Positions 54,683-63,888 of a stretch of 64,000 bases of DNA are shown here, in pieces. Under the pieces are notes generated by a model. The model was not told the origin of the DNA and did no database searches. It saw nothing but the letters and a program-made list of their open reading frames with translations. Source of the stretch: Methanobacteriota archaeon (GTDB lineage Archaea; Halobacteriota; Bog-38; Methanoflorentales; Methanoflorentaceae). Numbering within the stretch: the first letter of the stretch is position 1; each line of letters begins with the position of its first letter. The DNA lies in contig OY970393.1 in the NCBI GenBank assembly GCA_963720465.1, positions 416,001 through 480,000 of the forward strand. Reading direction: 5' to 3'. The translations under genes were made by a program, and so were the position numbers.

Positions 54683-54694
54683 TTTATACCTTTC
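54683..54694 (-). promoter_or_regulatory. BRE/TATA promoter of the candidate ncRNA
   Basis: GAAAGG-TATAAA; predicted start at ~54660. Confidence 0.65.
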
Positions 54695-55189
54695 ATGAGA
54701 AGTGAGCGAATGCTGCCGACAAGCCCAAAAAAATGCCATACTAGGCACAAAGTGCTTTCTGACTTTGATTTTTATGAAGAGGGGGAGCCGGACTTCCTCA
54801 CAACCAAACTCTAAAACACCGACCTTTTTCAAGTGCTGCAGCACGAATGTAGCGTCCTTATCGCGCGGTCATTTCTGGCTCTGCTACTCCCAGAAACCGA
54901 GTACCATCCAGCTACTGTGCCGCTCAAATAGGATTCTCCTGCGCACTATTGTGATTTAGAGCAATTGCCGGCGTGCGCTTTGGCACCTGCTCCGAAAACC
55001 ACACGGATTAGCGTGCCAAATGCCTCTAGAAGCGAGCAATTGCGACTGCGTAAATATTTCAGTCTATTCGCCCTGAGAGGTATTTTGCGCTATTTTGGCT
55101 GCAATCAAAGCCTCCGAATTTGGACTATCTTGGGAGAGATCAAGCGAAGAAACGCTTAAAGCATAACCCATCATTATAACGTGTTGCGC

Positions 55190-55342
55190 ATGGGTATACT
55201 CAATTCAGCAATCCTGTTGATAGCTTTTATCTTCCTGCTATTCACATTCTGGCCAGGAGCACTCGTCGTAGTCGTGGTGTGGGTGTATTTGCAGTTTATA
55301 CGAAAGCCTCGGACCACGAGCACCACAGAAGGACAGCGATAG
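55190..55342 (+). CDS. Small membrane protein (50 aa)
   Basis: MGILNSAILLIAFIFLLFTFWPGALVVVVVWVYLQFIRKPR..; GAAACG-CTTAAA promoter-like element upstream. Confidence 0.6.
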   Translation: MGILNSAILLIAFIFLLFTFWPGALVVVVVWVYLQFIRKPRTTSTTEGQR

Positions 55343-55706
55343 GGCGCCACGACAGAAAAAGGAACGAGGCGTTATCAGCATTTTTGTTGCCCGATCTTTT
55401 ATTTAACCGGCTAGCCCCACTGTGAAACAGCAATTTTTTTATGACCTAACGACATAAATCTCCGACACTAACGGTCGCGCGAAAAGGCAGCAAATGTCTG
55501 TTTAAGAAGAATTATATATTATTGATGGAATAAAAACTAATGTTAAATATTGCTGCCGTTGCTTCTTACGGGTCGAACGGACGCGTTGCCAGCAAAGCGG
55601 TTTTTTGAAAGCCGAATTGCCAGGGCAAAGCAAAGCGAGCGAAAAAAATCCAGAGCGTAAGCCTTAAATCTAGTGTGTTCTATGTGCTGTGACAGTGAGT
55701 GATAAC

Positions 55707-55853
55707 ATGATCGAGATTGAAACCGTACCACAGGAAACCGCATACTGCGAGCGGTGCGGCAACCCAATTATTATCAAGACGTGGTTTGCTAAATTGTGTC
55801 ACGAGTGCTCACGTGCTGAGTTCAAGGAGCATTTCGAATCGTTCGCATCGTGA
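55707..55853 (+). CDS. Small zinc-finger protein (48 aa), absent from ORF track
   Basis: MIEIETVPQETAYCERCGNPIIIKTWFAKLCHECSRAEFKEHFESFAS. Confidence 0.7.
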   Translation: MIEIETVPQETAYCERCGNPIIIKTWFAKLCHECSRAEFKEHFESFAS

Positions 55854-56031
55854 TCGGAAGTCGCATACGGCGGCCTCGCTTTTTTTGGGGTGTCCGGCTT
55901 TGCCAGCCTTAGAGTTTTACTAGCCTTAGCGTAGTCGGCGCACGCTATTTTTTGTGCTTCAAGCGTTTTCAGTTGCGTGAAAAATGGCAACAACCCTTTT
56001 AAATCGCCGCGTCGTGGTTCACTCGGTGAAT

Positions 56032-56412
56032 ATGAAAGATTCAGAACTGATAAGCGAATGCAAAGCGACCGGGCGCGCGCTCAACTATGATGTCCAGTCG
56101 GCCGTCGACATCGGAGCTGGCGAAATCGACGTCGTTTGGACTAAGAAAGAGCATCCAAATCTCCCGACGTTCAAGCTCGGATTCTTCTTGTGTCCCACGG
56201 GAGGCGAAATCGCCACGGACTTCCTCACGCAGAGCGTCGCAAAGGCGCTGCTCTCTGTGTGTGACAAAGCGATCTTCCTCGTGCGCGATGACGCTTCATT
56301 GAAGTCGGTGAGAGGCAAGATTCAAGCGCTTGACGCAATCGGTGGGGTGCTGCAGCTCAAGAAATATGCCCACGCGATTACTTCAGACGAGCTGCTCGGA
56401 GGGATTAGGTAA
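56032..56412 (+). CDS. Hypothetical protein, possible degenerate restriction-endonuclease-like fold
   Basis: G..L.Y....GEIDVVW pattern without ExK. Confidence 0.65.
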   Translation: MKDSELISECKATGRALNYDVQSAVDIGAGEIDVVWTKKEHPNLPTFKLGFFLCPTGGEIATDFLTQSVAKALLSVCDKAIFLVRDDASLKSVRGKIQALDAIGGVLQLKKYAHAITSDELLGGIR

Positions 56413-56423
56413 GAGGTGAAAAA

Positions 56424-56867
56424 ATGCGTATAGAACGCGGCAAACAAGCAAATCTGAAGGAGCTTAACGAGGATTTGTACCTGGAAGCGAACGTCCAGCT
56501 GTACCCTGTAGACAAGGACGCTACGATCAACGTCTACGGCATCTTGACGACTGAGAACAACGTCGTAATCAACGGCTCAATTGAGTGCTCTGAGGCTTTT
56601 TTCGGCGATAACTGTCACGTCAAGGGAACAGTAGTTACCGGCGGGATCAAGACGGGGAGCGGATTTAAGGCGCACCACGTTGAAGCCGGAGAACAGGCCG
56701 ACATCGGCAGCGACTCGCAAGTCAACAAGATCGACGCGGTTGGAGACGTGACGATCGGCAGCAATTCGCGCGTTCGGCACGCGATCAGCGAGCGTGGCCA
56801 GATTATCCTCGCTGCAGGAGCTGTTGTCGACGTCGCAGAAGCGGCTCAAGGCACGAAAAAAGCGTAG
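56424..56867 (+). CDS. Beta-helix (bactofilin/acyltransferase-like) protein
   Basis: Repeated IG.NSxV / V.G.I motifs; GAGGTGA SD. Confidence 0.7.
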   Translation: MRIERGKQANLKELNEDLYLEANVQLYPVDKDATINVYGILTTENNVVINGSIECSEAFFGDNCHVKGTVVTGGIKTGSGFKAHHVEAGEQADIGSDSQVNKIDAVGDVTIGSNSRVRHAISERGQIILAAGAVVDVAEAAQGTKKA

Positions 56868-56873
56868 CTCAAA

Positions 56874-57635
56874 TCAGAGAAAGATCTTCATCAGGTCGTA
56901 CGCGACGTCAACCCTTCCAGGGAACCTCTCCTTTACGACGTCGACCATGGCATCCTCATGCCCGCTCGCGTGCGGGTAGAGGTGGGTAAGCACGATGCGG
57001 TCGATGTGCTGGTCACGTATGAGATCGCGCAGCTTAGCTGGCGTCGTGTGGTTCGAGACCGAGGCGTACGCATCAGGGAACGAACACTCGTGGATTAGCA
57101 CGTCAACTTCGCCGTGACAAAGATCGCGGACACTTTCTGTGGGTTCGGTATCGCCTGAATACACGAGCGTCGACGTCGGCGTTTGCATGCGGTACGCGAT
57201 TGATGGAACGCTGTGCTTGGTCGCCCGAACGGAGGCCACTCCGTTTCCAACGCGAATGCTGTCGCCGTCATCAAGCTCTGTTACGTCGACATTGACGGTA
57301 AGATAATCATAGAGCTCGAGCAACTGCGCTACGTGGTGTTGCGTGCCGGCGGGACCATACACATTCATCGTCTCCACCTGCGCGTCTGAATCGACGGCGG
57401 TCAGTTGCTGCGCCTTGAGCAGTGCCAAAAAGTCAGAGTTGTGATCGAGGTGGTGGTGGGTGAAAAAGACCTTGTGTATTTTGCAATAATCGTAGCCGCT
57501 CTGCACGATACGGCCCAGGATGCCCGCCCCGCAATCAAAGAGTAGCAGTTCTTCCGGGGTCTTAACGAGAATGCCTGATTGGGCCTTTTCGAGCTGTGGA
57601 ATGGCGACGCCCGTCCCGAGGAGAATAATGTTCAT
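56874..57635 (-). CDS. MBL-fold metallohydrolase, RNase Z-like
   Basis: LLGTG, DCGAG, THHHLDH, YSGDT, HECS, LTHLY. Confidence 0.92.
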   Translation of the reverse strand: MNIILLGTGVAIPQLEKAQSGILVKTPEELLLFDCGAGILGRIVQSGYDYCKIHKVFFTHHHLDHNSDFLALLKAQQLTAVDSDAQVETMNVYGPAGTQHHVAQLLELYDYLTVNVDVTELDDGDSIRVGNGVASVRATKHSVPSIAYRMQTPTSTLVYSGDTEPTESVRDLCHGEVDVLIHECSFPDAYASVSNHTTPAKLRDLIRDQHIDRIVLTHLYPHASGHEDAMVDVVKERFPGRVDVAYDLMKIFL

Positions 57636-57680
57636 TTAATCCCGGTAGCTCTATAGAGGCTTTAGGTACATAGCGTTTGC

Positions 57681-58145
57681 TTAGGGCTTAGCACACAGAC
57701 GGAGGGCCGTCTCAACGGCCGCCTCCGGTGAGTCGGCGAGAACGGTTCCCTCGATTTTCCACTTGGAGGCTAAGGTCACCACTGGTTTTGCCATCTGGAG
57801 AGCGAGGGCAATTTCTGAGAGTGTGCCAAACTCGCCGGCGATCGCGATGAGGCAATCGGCTGCTCGCGCGATAATAGCATTTCGCGCGTGGCCCATGTCC
57901 GTGGGGATCTTAACGTCGATAAAGGGATTCGCTTCGGTTTTCAAGGGACCTGGAAGAATTCCTACGGTGAGCCCCCCTGCAGCCTGTGCGCCGCGCGCAG
58001 CGGCTTCCATGACGCCCTCCCTTCCCCCACAGATAAGGATCGCCTCGCGGGACGCAATGAGGCTTCCTGTGCGCTCGGCAATACTCGCAATCTTGCTCGA
58101 GCAGCTCCTGCTTCCGATAATGCCAATTTGCGGACGGCTCGTCAT
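57681..58145 (-). CDS. LOG-family protein (TIGR00725-like)
   Basis: CGGREGVMEAA, GHARN, GEFGTLSEI. Confidence 0.92.
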   Translation of the reverse strand: MTSRPQIGIIGSRSCSSKIASIAERTGSLIASREAILICGGREGVMEAAARGAQAAGGLTVGILPGPLKTEANPFIDVKIPTDMGHARNAIIARAADCLIAIAGEFGTLSEIALALQMAKPVVTLASKWKIEGTVLADSPEAAVETALRLCAKP

Positions 58146-58338
58146 TCTGGACACCACCTTGTATGCACTAGCTTCCGATTGACGCACGATGAACCTTTCC
58201 CCGTCTTGTGCATATCAAGCTCAAATGTTATTTTGACTCTTAAATCCATTTTTATTAGGGAATATTACCTTAAAATCGAAAAAATACCGAAAAAGTATAT
58301 ATATGTTGAAAATCTCACTATAGAGCGAGGTAACTCAA

Positions 58339-58551
58339 ATGGCAGAATTACAAGCAGCAGGAGTAAGCAGGATTATCCGAAAAGCTGGAGCAGAGCGCGT
58401 GAGCGCTGAAGCGACAGAACAGTTTAGAGAATACCTAGAGACGTACGGCAAGGAACTCGCCGAAGAAGCAATCGAAATGGCAAAGCACGCGGGCCGCAAG
58501 ACGGTCAAAGCCGAAGACATTAAACTCGCCTGGACCAGACTCAATCGCTAG
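58339..58551 (+). CDS. Archaeal histone (HMf-type)
   Basis: [26 protein letters not shown]; strong TATA at ~58297. Confidence 0.96.
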   Translation: MAELQAAGVSRIIRKAGAERVSAEATEQFREYLETYGKELAEEAIEMAKHAGRKTVKAEDIKLAWTRLNR

Positions 58552-58570
58552 TCTCACTATCGTTTCTTTG

Positions 58571-58612
58571 GTAGCATCTCTTCGCACGCGAGATGCTATT
58601 GCTTATTTTTTT
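58571..58612. terminator. Hairpin and T-tract between convergent genes
   Basis: TAGCATCTC-N9-GAGATGCTA then T-run. Confidence 0.6.
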
Positions 58613-58754
58613 ATATTTTTTCTCTGTTCTTAACGTCGAGTACGAGCCATTTTCCTGCGGTATGGCAGCTCTTGCAGGTTAGCTTGTCCAGCTCGATAAA
58701 ATCGGTCCAGATTTCCGCGCCACAGACGCGACATCGGTAAAGATACGCTCTCAT
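58611..58754 (-). CDS. Small zinc-ribbon protein (47 aa)
   Basis: YRCRVCG..LTCKSCH; GAGG SD. Confidence 0.7.
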   Translation of the reverse strand: MRAYLYRCRVCGAEIWTDFIELDKLTCKSCHTAGKWLVLDVKNREKI

Positions 58755-58848
58755 GTCAGTACCTCGCGTGCGATCAATAGTTTTTTGCACGCTGAGCGTA
58801 TTAAACCTTCTCACGTCGACGTCCAACCTGAATCAGTTCGCGTGCAAG

Positions 58849-59544
58849 TCATTCCACCCCATCGCCTGCCCGCAGAGGCGCCAATTCACTAGAATGCATC
58901 TCGGCTCGAAGATGCCTGGCCTTGATGTGAGCCAAACGAAGCGGCTCAGGTAATCTGTGGCTCACCACGCAGCGCTGAACGATTCGCAATGCGCCCTGCA
59001 ACGAAATACGGTTTCCTGGACTAATGAAGATCGGTTTTGTGCCGGCCGCCGTTTTTAAGACGAACCCAAACTGTTTGCCGTTGAATGTCAGCGCGGTGGA
59101 GCGGCCGGCTTGAGCCGGTTCAACGTACTCCCCGCAGAGGGCTTTTTTGGACACGCCAACCGTTGACGTGTTGAGAATAACTCCGACGTGCGACGCGATT
59201 CCTGCAAACCGGGGGTGGTTCATGCCGCACCCGTGGACGATTAAAACGTCAGGTCGCCTGCGCAGCTTCTCCACGGTGGCTATCACCGCGGGACCCTCGC
59301 GGAAAAAGAGGAGACCCGGCACGTACGGCATGGCTGCCGCCGCAATCGACGCAGACTCGTCTATGACGTTCATGAGTGTGTCAACAACGACGGCTGACGA
59401 AAACACCAGGCCCTCCTCAAAGGATTGCGCTACCGCCCCTATCGACGCAACGTCACGCGCGGGATCCTCTAGGACCACCTGCTTCGCGATGTTTGTTTGA
59501 ATCTGCCGTAAGGTGTGAAACTCACTCACGTCTTTTACAGCCAC
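58849..59544 (-). CDS. nfi: Endonuclease V homolog with substituted catalytic aspartates
   Basis: PYVPGLLFFRE, HPRFAGIASH, PIFISPG, RLPEPLRLAH. Confidence 0.9.
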   Translation of the reverse strand: MAVKDVSEFHTLRQIQTNIAKQVVLEDPARDVASIGAVAQSFEEGLVFSSAVVVDTLMNVIDESASIAAAAMPYVPGLLFFREGPAVIATVEKLRRRPDVLIVHGCGMNHPRFAGIASHVGVILNTSTVGVSKKALCGEYVEPAQAGRSTALTFNGKQFGFVLKTAAGTKPIFISPGNRISLQGALRIVQRCVVSHRLPEPLRLAHIKARHLRAEMHSSELAPLRAGDGVE

Positions 59545-59647
59545 GTCGGTTCGGCCTCCTGGAGATGATGCTCAAAAAAGCAAGCGCAAGCGACGTTTGC
59601 CCTGTCAGCTCGAAAAAAGTTCTCCCGCAGATGCGTTGATGGCGCGA

Positions 59648-60913
59648 TCACAACGCGTCGACGTCGCCCCAGTACGTTGGAGCGTCGGTCGTGCCGTGCC
59701 CTCGTTTGACGTAGTGCGTATTGAAGAGTTCCTTGTATCTTCTCGCGACCTCTTTCCACGTGATTGAGCGCCCATACATATACGTGCGAATTTCCATCTC
59801 CCGTCTCAGACGATCGTTGCGCATCAGCGTGGTAATCGCTTCGGCTATCTCCGTTGATTCCCCCGACTTGAGAAGCACGCCTCTTTCGTCTGCAAGCGCA
59901 TCTCGTGCGTGCACAAACGGCGTTGAGATTATGGCCTTTCCACAGCCTACTGCCTGGGACAGTACGCCACTCACGATCTGATCCCTGGCGAGATAAGGGA
60001 GGACGCAGATATCCGTGGCGAGAAAATGTAGGATCAGGTTTCGGTTGGTAAGATATCGGTCGACGAACTTGACGTTGTGCCCTAAATCGAGGTCTGTGAC
60101 GATCTCCTTCAGCCTTTCGCGATAGCGCTCGCCTTCGTTCTTCACGATATTTACGTGCGTCTCTCCGACGACCAAGTAGAGGGGGTCCGCTTCAGGATTA
60201 TCGGCAATCACCTGGGGCAGCGCTTCAAGGACATGCTCGATACCCTTTGCGGGATGGAGCAACCCGAATGACCCTATCACGAATCTGCGGGAGAGTCCTA
60301 GCTTCTTCTTCGGCCGCTCCGTGCTGATAAACGGAACGTCGGGCACGCCGTGCGGAATGACCTCAACTTTCTCAGGGCCTAAGTCAAACGCTTTTTTCAA
60401 TATATCGACGCCGACGTGCCCGGGTACAACGACGTTAGCTGAAAGACGGTACAGCTCGCGGGTAACCGCTTTGGCCTCTTCCGGGGGTCTCGGCAGCACC
60501 GTGTGCAGCGTCGTCACGATCGGGATTTCTAGAACTTCCATGAAATCGAGGATATATCGGCCCCACGAGCCACCATACAACCCATACTCGTGTTGTATGT
60601 TGACTACATCAGCGCGCGATGCGTTTATTTTTTCAGCTGCCTCGACAAAGCCGATTTGATCGGTATCTTTGATGACGTACGCGACCCGCGATCTCGGATA
60701 GATAAGCGGACTTAAACAGCCGTAAGCGCTTGAGTCCTTGTTTCCATCAATGGCACAAACGTTAGCTCTGATATCAGGGTTCTCACTAATAAGGGTGAAA
60801 AGCAGGTCTTGCGTGAATGTGGCGATACCACACTCTCGGGGAGGAAACGTGCTTACGAACGTAAGGCCCAGTCGGTTGCGCGGCATCAGACTGTGTATTA
60901 GGGTCCGACTCAC
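59648..60913 (-). CDS. Glycosyltransferase family 4
   Basis: STFPPRECGIATF, QHEYG, TTLHTV, IPHG, KGIE. Confidence 0.92.
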   Translation of the reverse strand: MSRTLIHSLMPRNRLGLTFVSTFPPRECGIATFTQDLLFTLISENPDIRANVCAIDGNKDSSAYGCLSPLIYPRSRVAYVIKDTDQIGFVEAAEKINASRADVVNIQHEYGLYGGSWGRYILDFMEVLEIPIVTTLHTVLPRPPEEAKAVTRELYRLSANVVVPGHVGVDILKKAFDLGPEKVEVIPHGVPDVPFISTERPKKKLGLSRRFVIGSFGLLHPAKGIEHVLEALPQVIADNPEADPLYLVVGETHVNIVKNEGERYRERLKEIVTDLDLGHNVKFVDRYLTNRNLILHFLATDICVLPYLARDQIVSGVLSQAVGCGKAIISTPFVHARDALADERGVLLKSGESTEIAEAITTLMRNDRLRREMEIRTYMYGRSITWKEVARRYKELFNTHYVKRGHGTTDAPTYWGDVDAL

Positions 60914-61181
60914 TTAAAACTATTGAACTGCGCTCACGAAAGGACTACCGGAGGCCTGCGCGGCACTAGTTATAATCTATTGCGAGAGCCAGATGATGCC
61001 TTATACAAGCTCACGCGAATTCCTTAGACGTGGCTAACAGCACCGGCGACGCTACCTGCGCGGTCCCAGCCCCCCTCGTCTGAAGAGCACAAACGACATC
61101 AATAAACAGGTTTATGGGCATGAAACTCGCAGACTAGCAATTCAGACACTGCGACACTCGATTGTGGTGTTGGAGACAGGT

Positions 61182-62303
61182 ATGTGGGCAGAACGCACTT
61201 CACATTTTTCCCTTTCAGGAATTCGGGAGATGTTTGCGCTGACTAAACCCGGCGCGATCAACCTGGGGCTCGGCCAACCGGACTTCGACACGCCAACACA
61301 CATTAAAGAGGCGGCAAAAGAGGCACTAGACAAGGGGTACACCGGGTACACGCCTAACAAGGGCTTTCCTGAACTCATCGACGCAATCGCGAGCTACTAT
61401 GAACAGTACGGAGTCCAAGCTGGCCAGGAGCAGATCATATGCACTTCAGGTGGCAGCGAGGCCCTTCATCTGGCGTTCGAGGCTTTGATCAATCCAGGCG
61501 ACGAGGTGATACTCCCCGATCCCGGATTTGTCGCCTATGCACCACTCACACACGTGGCGGGTGGCGTGCCCGTGAGCGCGAGGGTGAGCGCTGATGATGG
61601 TTTCAGGCTGCAGCCTGACGCCGTTGCGGATCGCATCACGGACAAGACAAAAGCCCTGGTCATCAACTCACCGGCAAACCCCACTGGTGCGGTGCAGCGG
61701 TACGATGAGATCCGGGGGTTTGTTGAGCTCGCCGACGACCACGACTTCTACATAATTTCCGATGAGGTCTATGACAAGATACTCTACGAAGGAGAACACG
61801 TCAGCCCGGCAAGCATCGACCCAGACCGCGTGATTGTCGTTAATTCGGTGTCAAAAACGTATGCGATGACCGGGTGGCGGCTCGGGTACGCGATCGCGCC
61901 AGCCGCGATTGTTGAAGAGATGCTGAAAGTGCACCAATACATCCAGGCCTGCGCACCATCTATCTCGCAAAAAGCTGCTTATGCCGCGTTGACGGGCCCC
62001 CAGGAGAGCGTGAGATCCATGGTCGACGAGTTTCTCGCGCGACGCAGCGTCGTGGTGCAACACCTTAAGGGAATAGCTGACTGTGTGACGCCTGAAGGAG
62101 CGTTTTATGTGTTCCCACGGTTTGCCACGTCGGACACAAGCTTCGACCTCACGATGAGGCTTGCCCAAGCTGGCGTCATTGTTGTTCCGGGATCGGCGTT
62201 CGGGCGCTTTGGCGAGGGGCACGTTCGAATCTCGTACGCAGCGAGTCAAGAGAGCATTGACCGCGCGTTCCAAATCATCAGAGAACAGGTTTCGGCGCGT
62301 TAG
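61182..62303 (+). CDS. PLP-dependent aminotransferase class I/II
   Basis: GQPDF, NSPANPTG, SDEVY, SKTYAMTGWRLG. Confidence 0.95.
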   Translation: MWAERTSHFSLSGIREMFALTKPGAINLGLGQPDFDTPTHIKEAAKEALDKGYTGYTPNKGFPELIDAIASYYEQYGVQAGQEQIICTSGGSEALHLAFEALINPGDEVILPDPGFVAYAPLTHVAGGVPVSARVSADDGFRLQPDAVADRITDKTKALVINSPANPTGAVQRYDEIRGFVELADDHDFYIISDEVYDKILYEGEHVSPASIDPDRVIVVNSVSKTYAMTGWRLGYAIAPAAIVEEMLKVHQYIQACAPSISQKAAYAALTGPQESVRSMVDEFLARRSVVVQHLKGIADCVTPEGAFYVFPRFATSDTSFDLTMRLAQAGVIVVPGSAFGRFGEGHVRISYAASQESIDRAFQIIREQVSAR

Positions 62304-62361
62304 CCGCTGCGAGACTACTATAACACTCTGTCACCTGCCGCGGCCGGCGTGTTTATCTTTT

Positions 62362-63729
62362 CTATCGTGTGCCGCTGCGCCGCTGGGCAATCAATTCTTT
62401 GAACTGAACGGCCTCGAGGCTCTGGGGGTCTATTTCGAGCGCCCGGTCAAAACAGGACACCGCATCGTCGTATCGCTTAAGGCTGTACAACGCGCTGCCT
62501 TTTGATGTCCACGCAAACTCATCGCTCTCATCGACTTCTAAGACGCGGTCAAAGCACTCAATGGCCTTTTCATATTCCCCTAAACCATCATAAGAGCTTC
62601 CTTTGAACGAAAGCGCGTACGTGTCGTCGGCGTTTGTGCTGAGCACCTCATCAAAAATAGCGATTGCCTCCTCAAATCGATCGATGCCGAACAGAATGAA
62701 CCCTTTTCTGTTCAACACCCAAAAGTTCTCAGGATCCAGTTGGAACGCCCGATCCAAGCACTGGATCGCTTCGTCGAAGCGGTTCAAACTATCGAGTGCG
62801 AGACCCTTATTGATCCACGCGAGAATGTAGTCTGGACTTATTTCGAGAGCTTTGTCGAAGTTTTCAATCGCGTCGTCAAATTTTTGCAGATTATAATAAA
62901 CGTACCCCTTGTTATTGTACGTGATGAAATAGTCGGGATCACGGCTCAGCGCTTTGTCAAAGCTCTCCAGTGCGTCAGGCCATTCATACTGGCTGGCGAG
63001 AGCGAGCCCGCGACCGTCCCAAGCCGCAGCCCGGGTGTCGTTAATCACCAGGCCTTTGTCATAGTTGATGACAGCATCTTCGTAGCGCTCCAAGTTCGCT
63101 AGCGCGTTCGCTCGGTAGAACCATGCATCGGCGTTCATAGGTTCCAGCAGCAGTGCCCTCTCGAACATTCCTTCCGCTTTTTCGTTGTCGTTCATCAGCG
63201 CATAGCAGACACCCGTGTTGAACCAAGGAAGATCAAACTCAGGATCAGCTTCCTGCGCTTTGTCATAGCATTTGAGTGCTTGTTCGTATAGACCCTGTTT
63301 TTGAAACAGGTATCCCTTGGCGTTGTAGGCTACCGCAAACCGCGGTTCGCTCGCTATGGCAGCATCGAACAAACGTACAGCAGCGTCAACATCTCCTCTA
63401 TCGCGAAAGATGCTCCCTTTGGCCACGAGAGCGGGAGCATGGGTGGGATCTGCCTCTAAGGCCCGTTCATAATAACTAAGCGCCTGATCGCCGTTGCCCA
63501 ACTCTTCTGTCAAAGAGCCAAACGTGAATAGGACGTCGACGTTTGAAGGGTCCATACTGAGGGCTTCTCTGACGCGATTGAGCGCGTCTTTCAGCTTACC
63601 TTGCTTTCGAAGCAAGAGCGCTTCTTCAAGAACATCCATCGCTGTCTTGGCTATTTGAACGCCGCATTCACAGCACGCCTCTGTTTCATCTGGGTTGGTC
63701 GCCCCGCATCCGGGACACAGCTTTGTCAT
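62362..63729 (-). CDS. Zinc-ribbon plus TPR repeat protein
   Basis: CPGCG..CCECG then many 34-aa TPR units. Confidence 0.93.
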   Translation of the reverse strand: MTKLCPGCGATNPDETEACCECGVQIAKTAMDVLEEALLLRKQGKLKDALNRVREALSMDPSNVDVLFTFGSLTEELGNGDQALSYYERALEADPTHAPALVAKGSIFRDRGDVDAAVRLFDAAIASEPRFAVAYNAKGYLFQKQGLYEQALKCYDKAQEADPEFDLPWFNTGVCYALMNDNEKAEGMFERALLLEPMNADAWFYRANALANLERYEDAVINYDKGLVINDTRAAAWDGRGLALASQYEWPDALESFDKALSRDPDYFITYNNKGYVYYNLQKFDDAIENFDKALEISPDYILAWINKGLALDSLNRFDEAIQCLDRAFQLDPENFWVLNRKGFILFGIDRFEEAIAIFDEVLSTNADDTYALSFKGSSYDGLGEYEKAIECFDRVLEVDESDEFAWTSKGSALYSLKRYDDAVSCFDRALEIDPQSLEAVQFKELIAQRRSGTR

Positions 63730-63888
63730 CCTTTGTTAGATGCGGTTTCTGAGTCATATGTTTTGCCCACTGGACGGGGCATTAGTTAGCGTTCTGCTGA
63801 AACACGAAAGTAAAGTGTGACTGAGATTATCGGCTCGAGGCCAACCGTCGAAGCGAGAATACTGTGAATCGTATGCACAATCACTGAA

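Noticed and set aside
38000-56000. Complete provirus or integrative element
   Set aside because: No integrase, capsid, portal, tRNA or terminal direct repeats recognised; boundaries cannot be defined.
60990-61085. Possible C/D box sRNA (ATGATG ... CTGA)
   Set aside because: Imperfect C box, spacing too long, no internal C'/D' pair.
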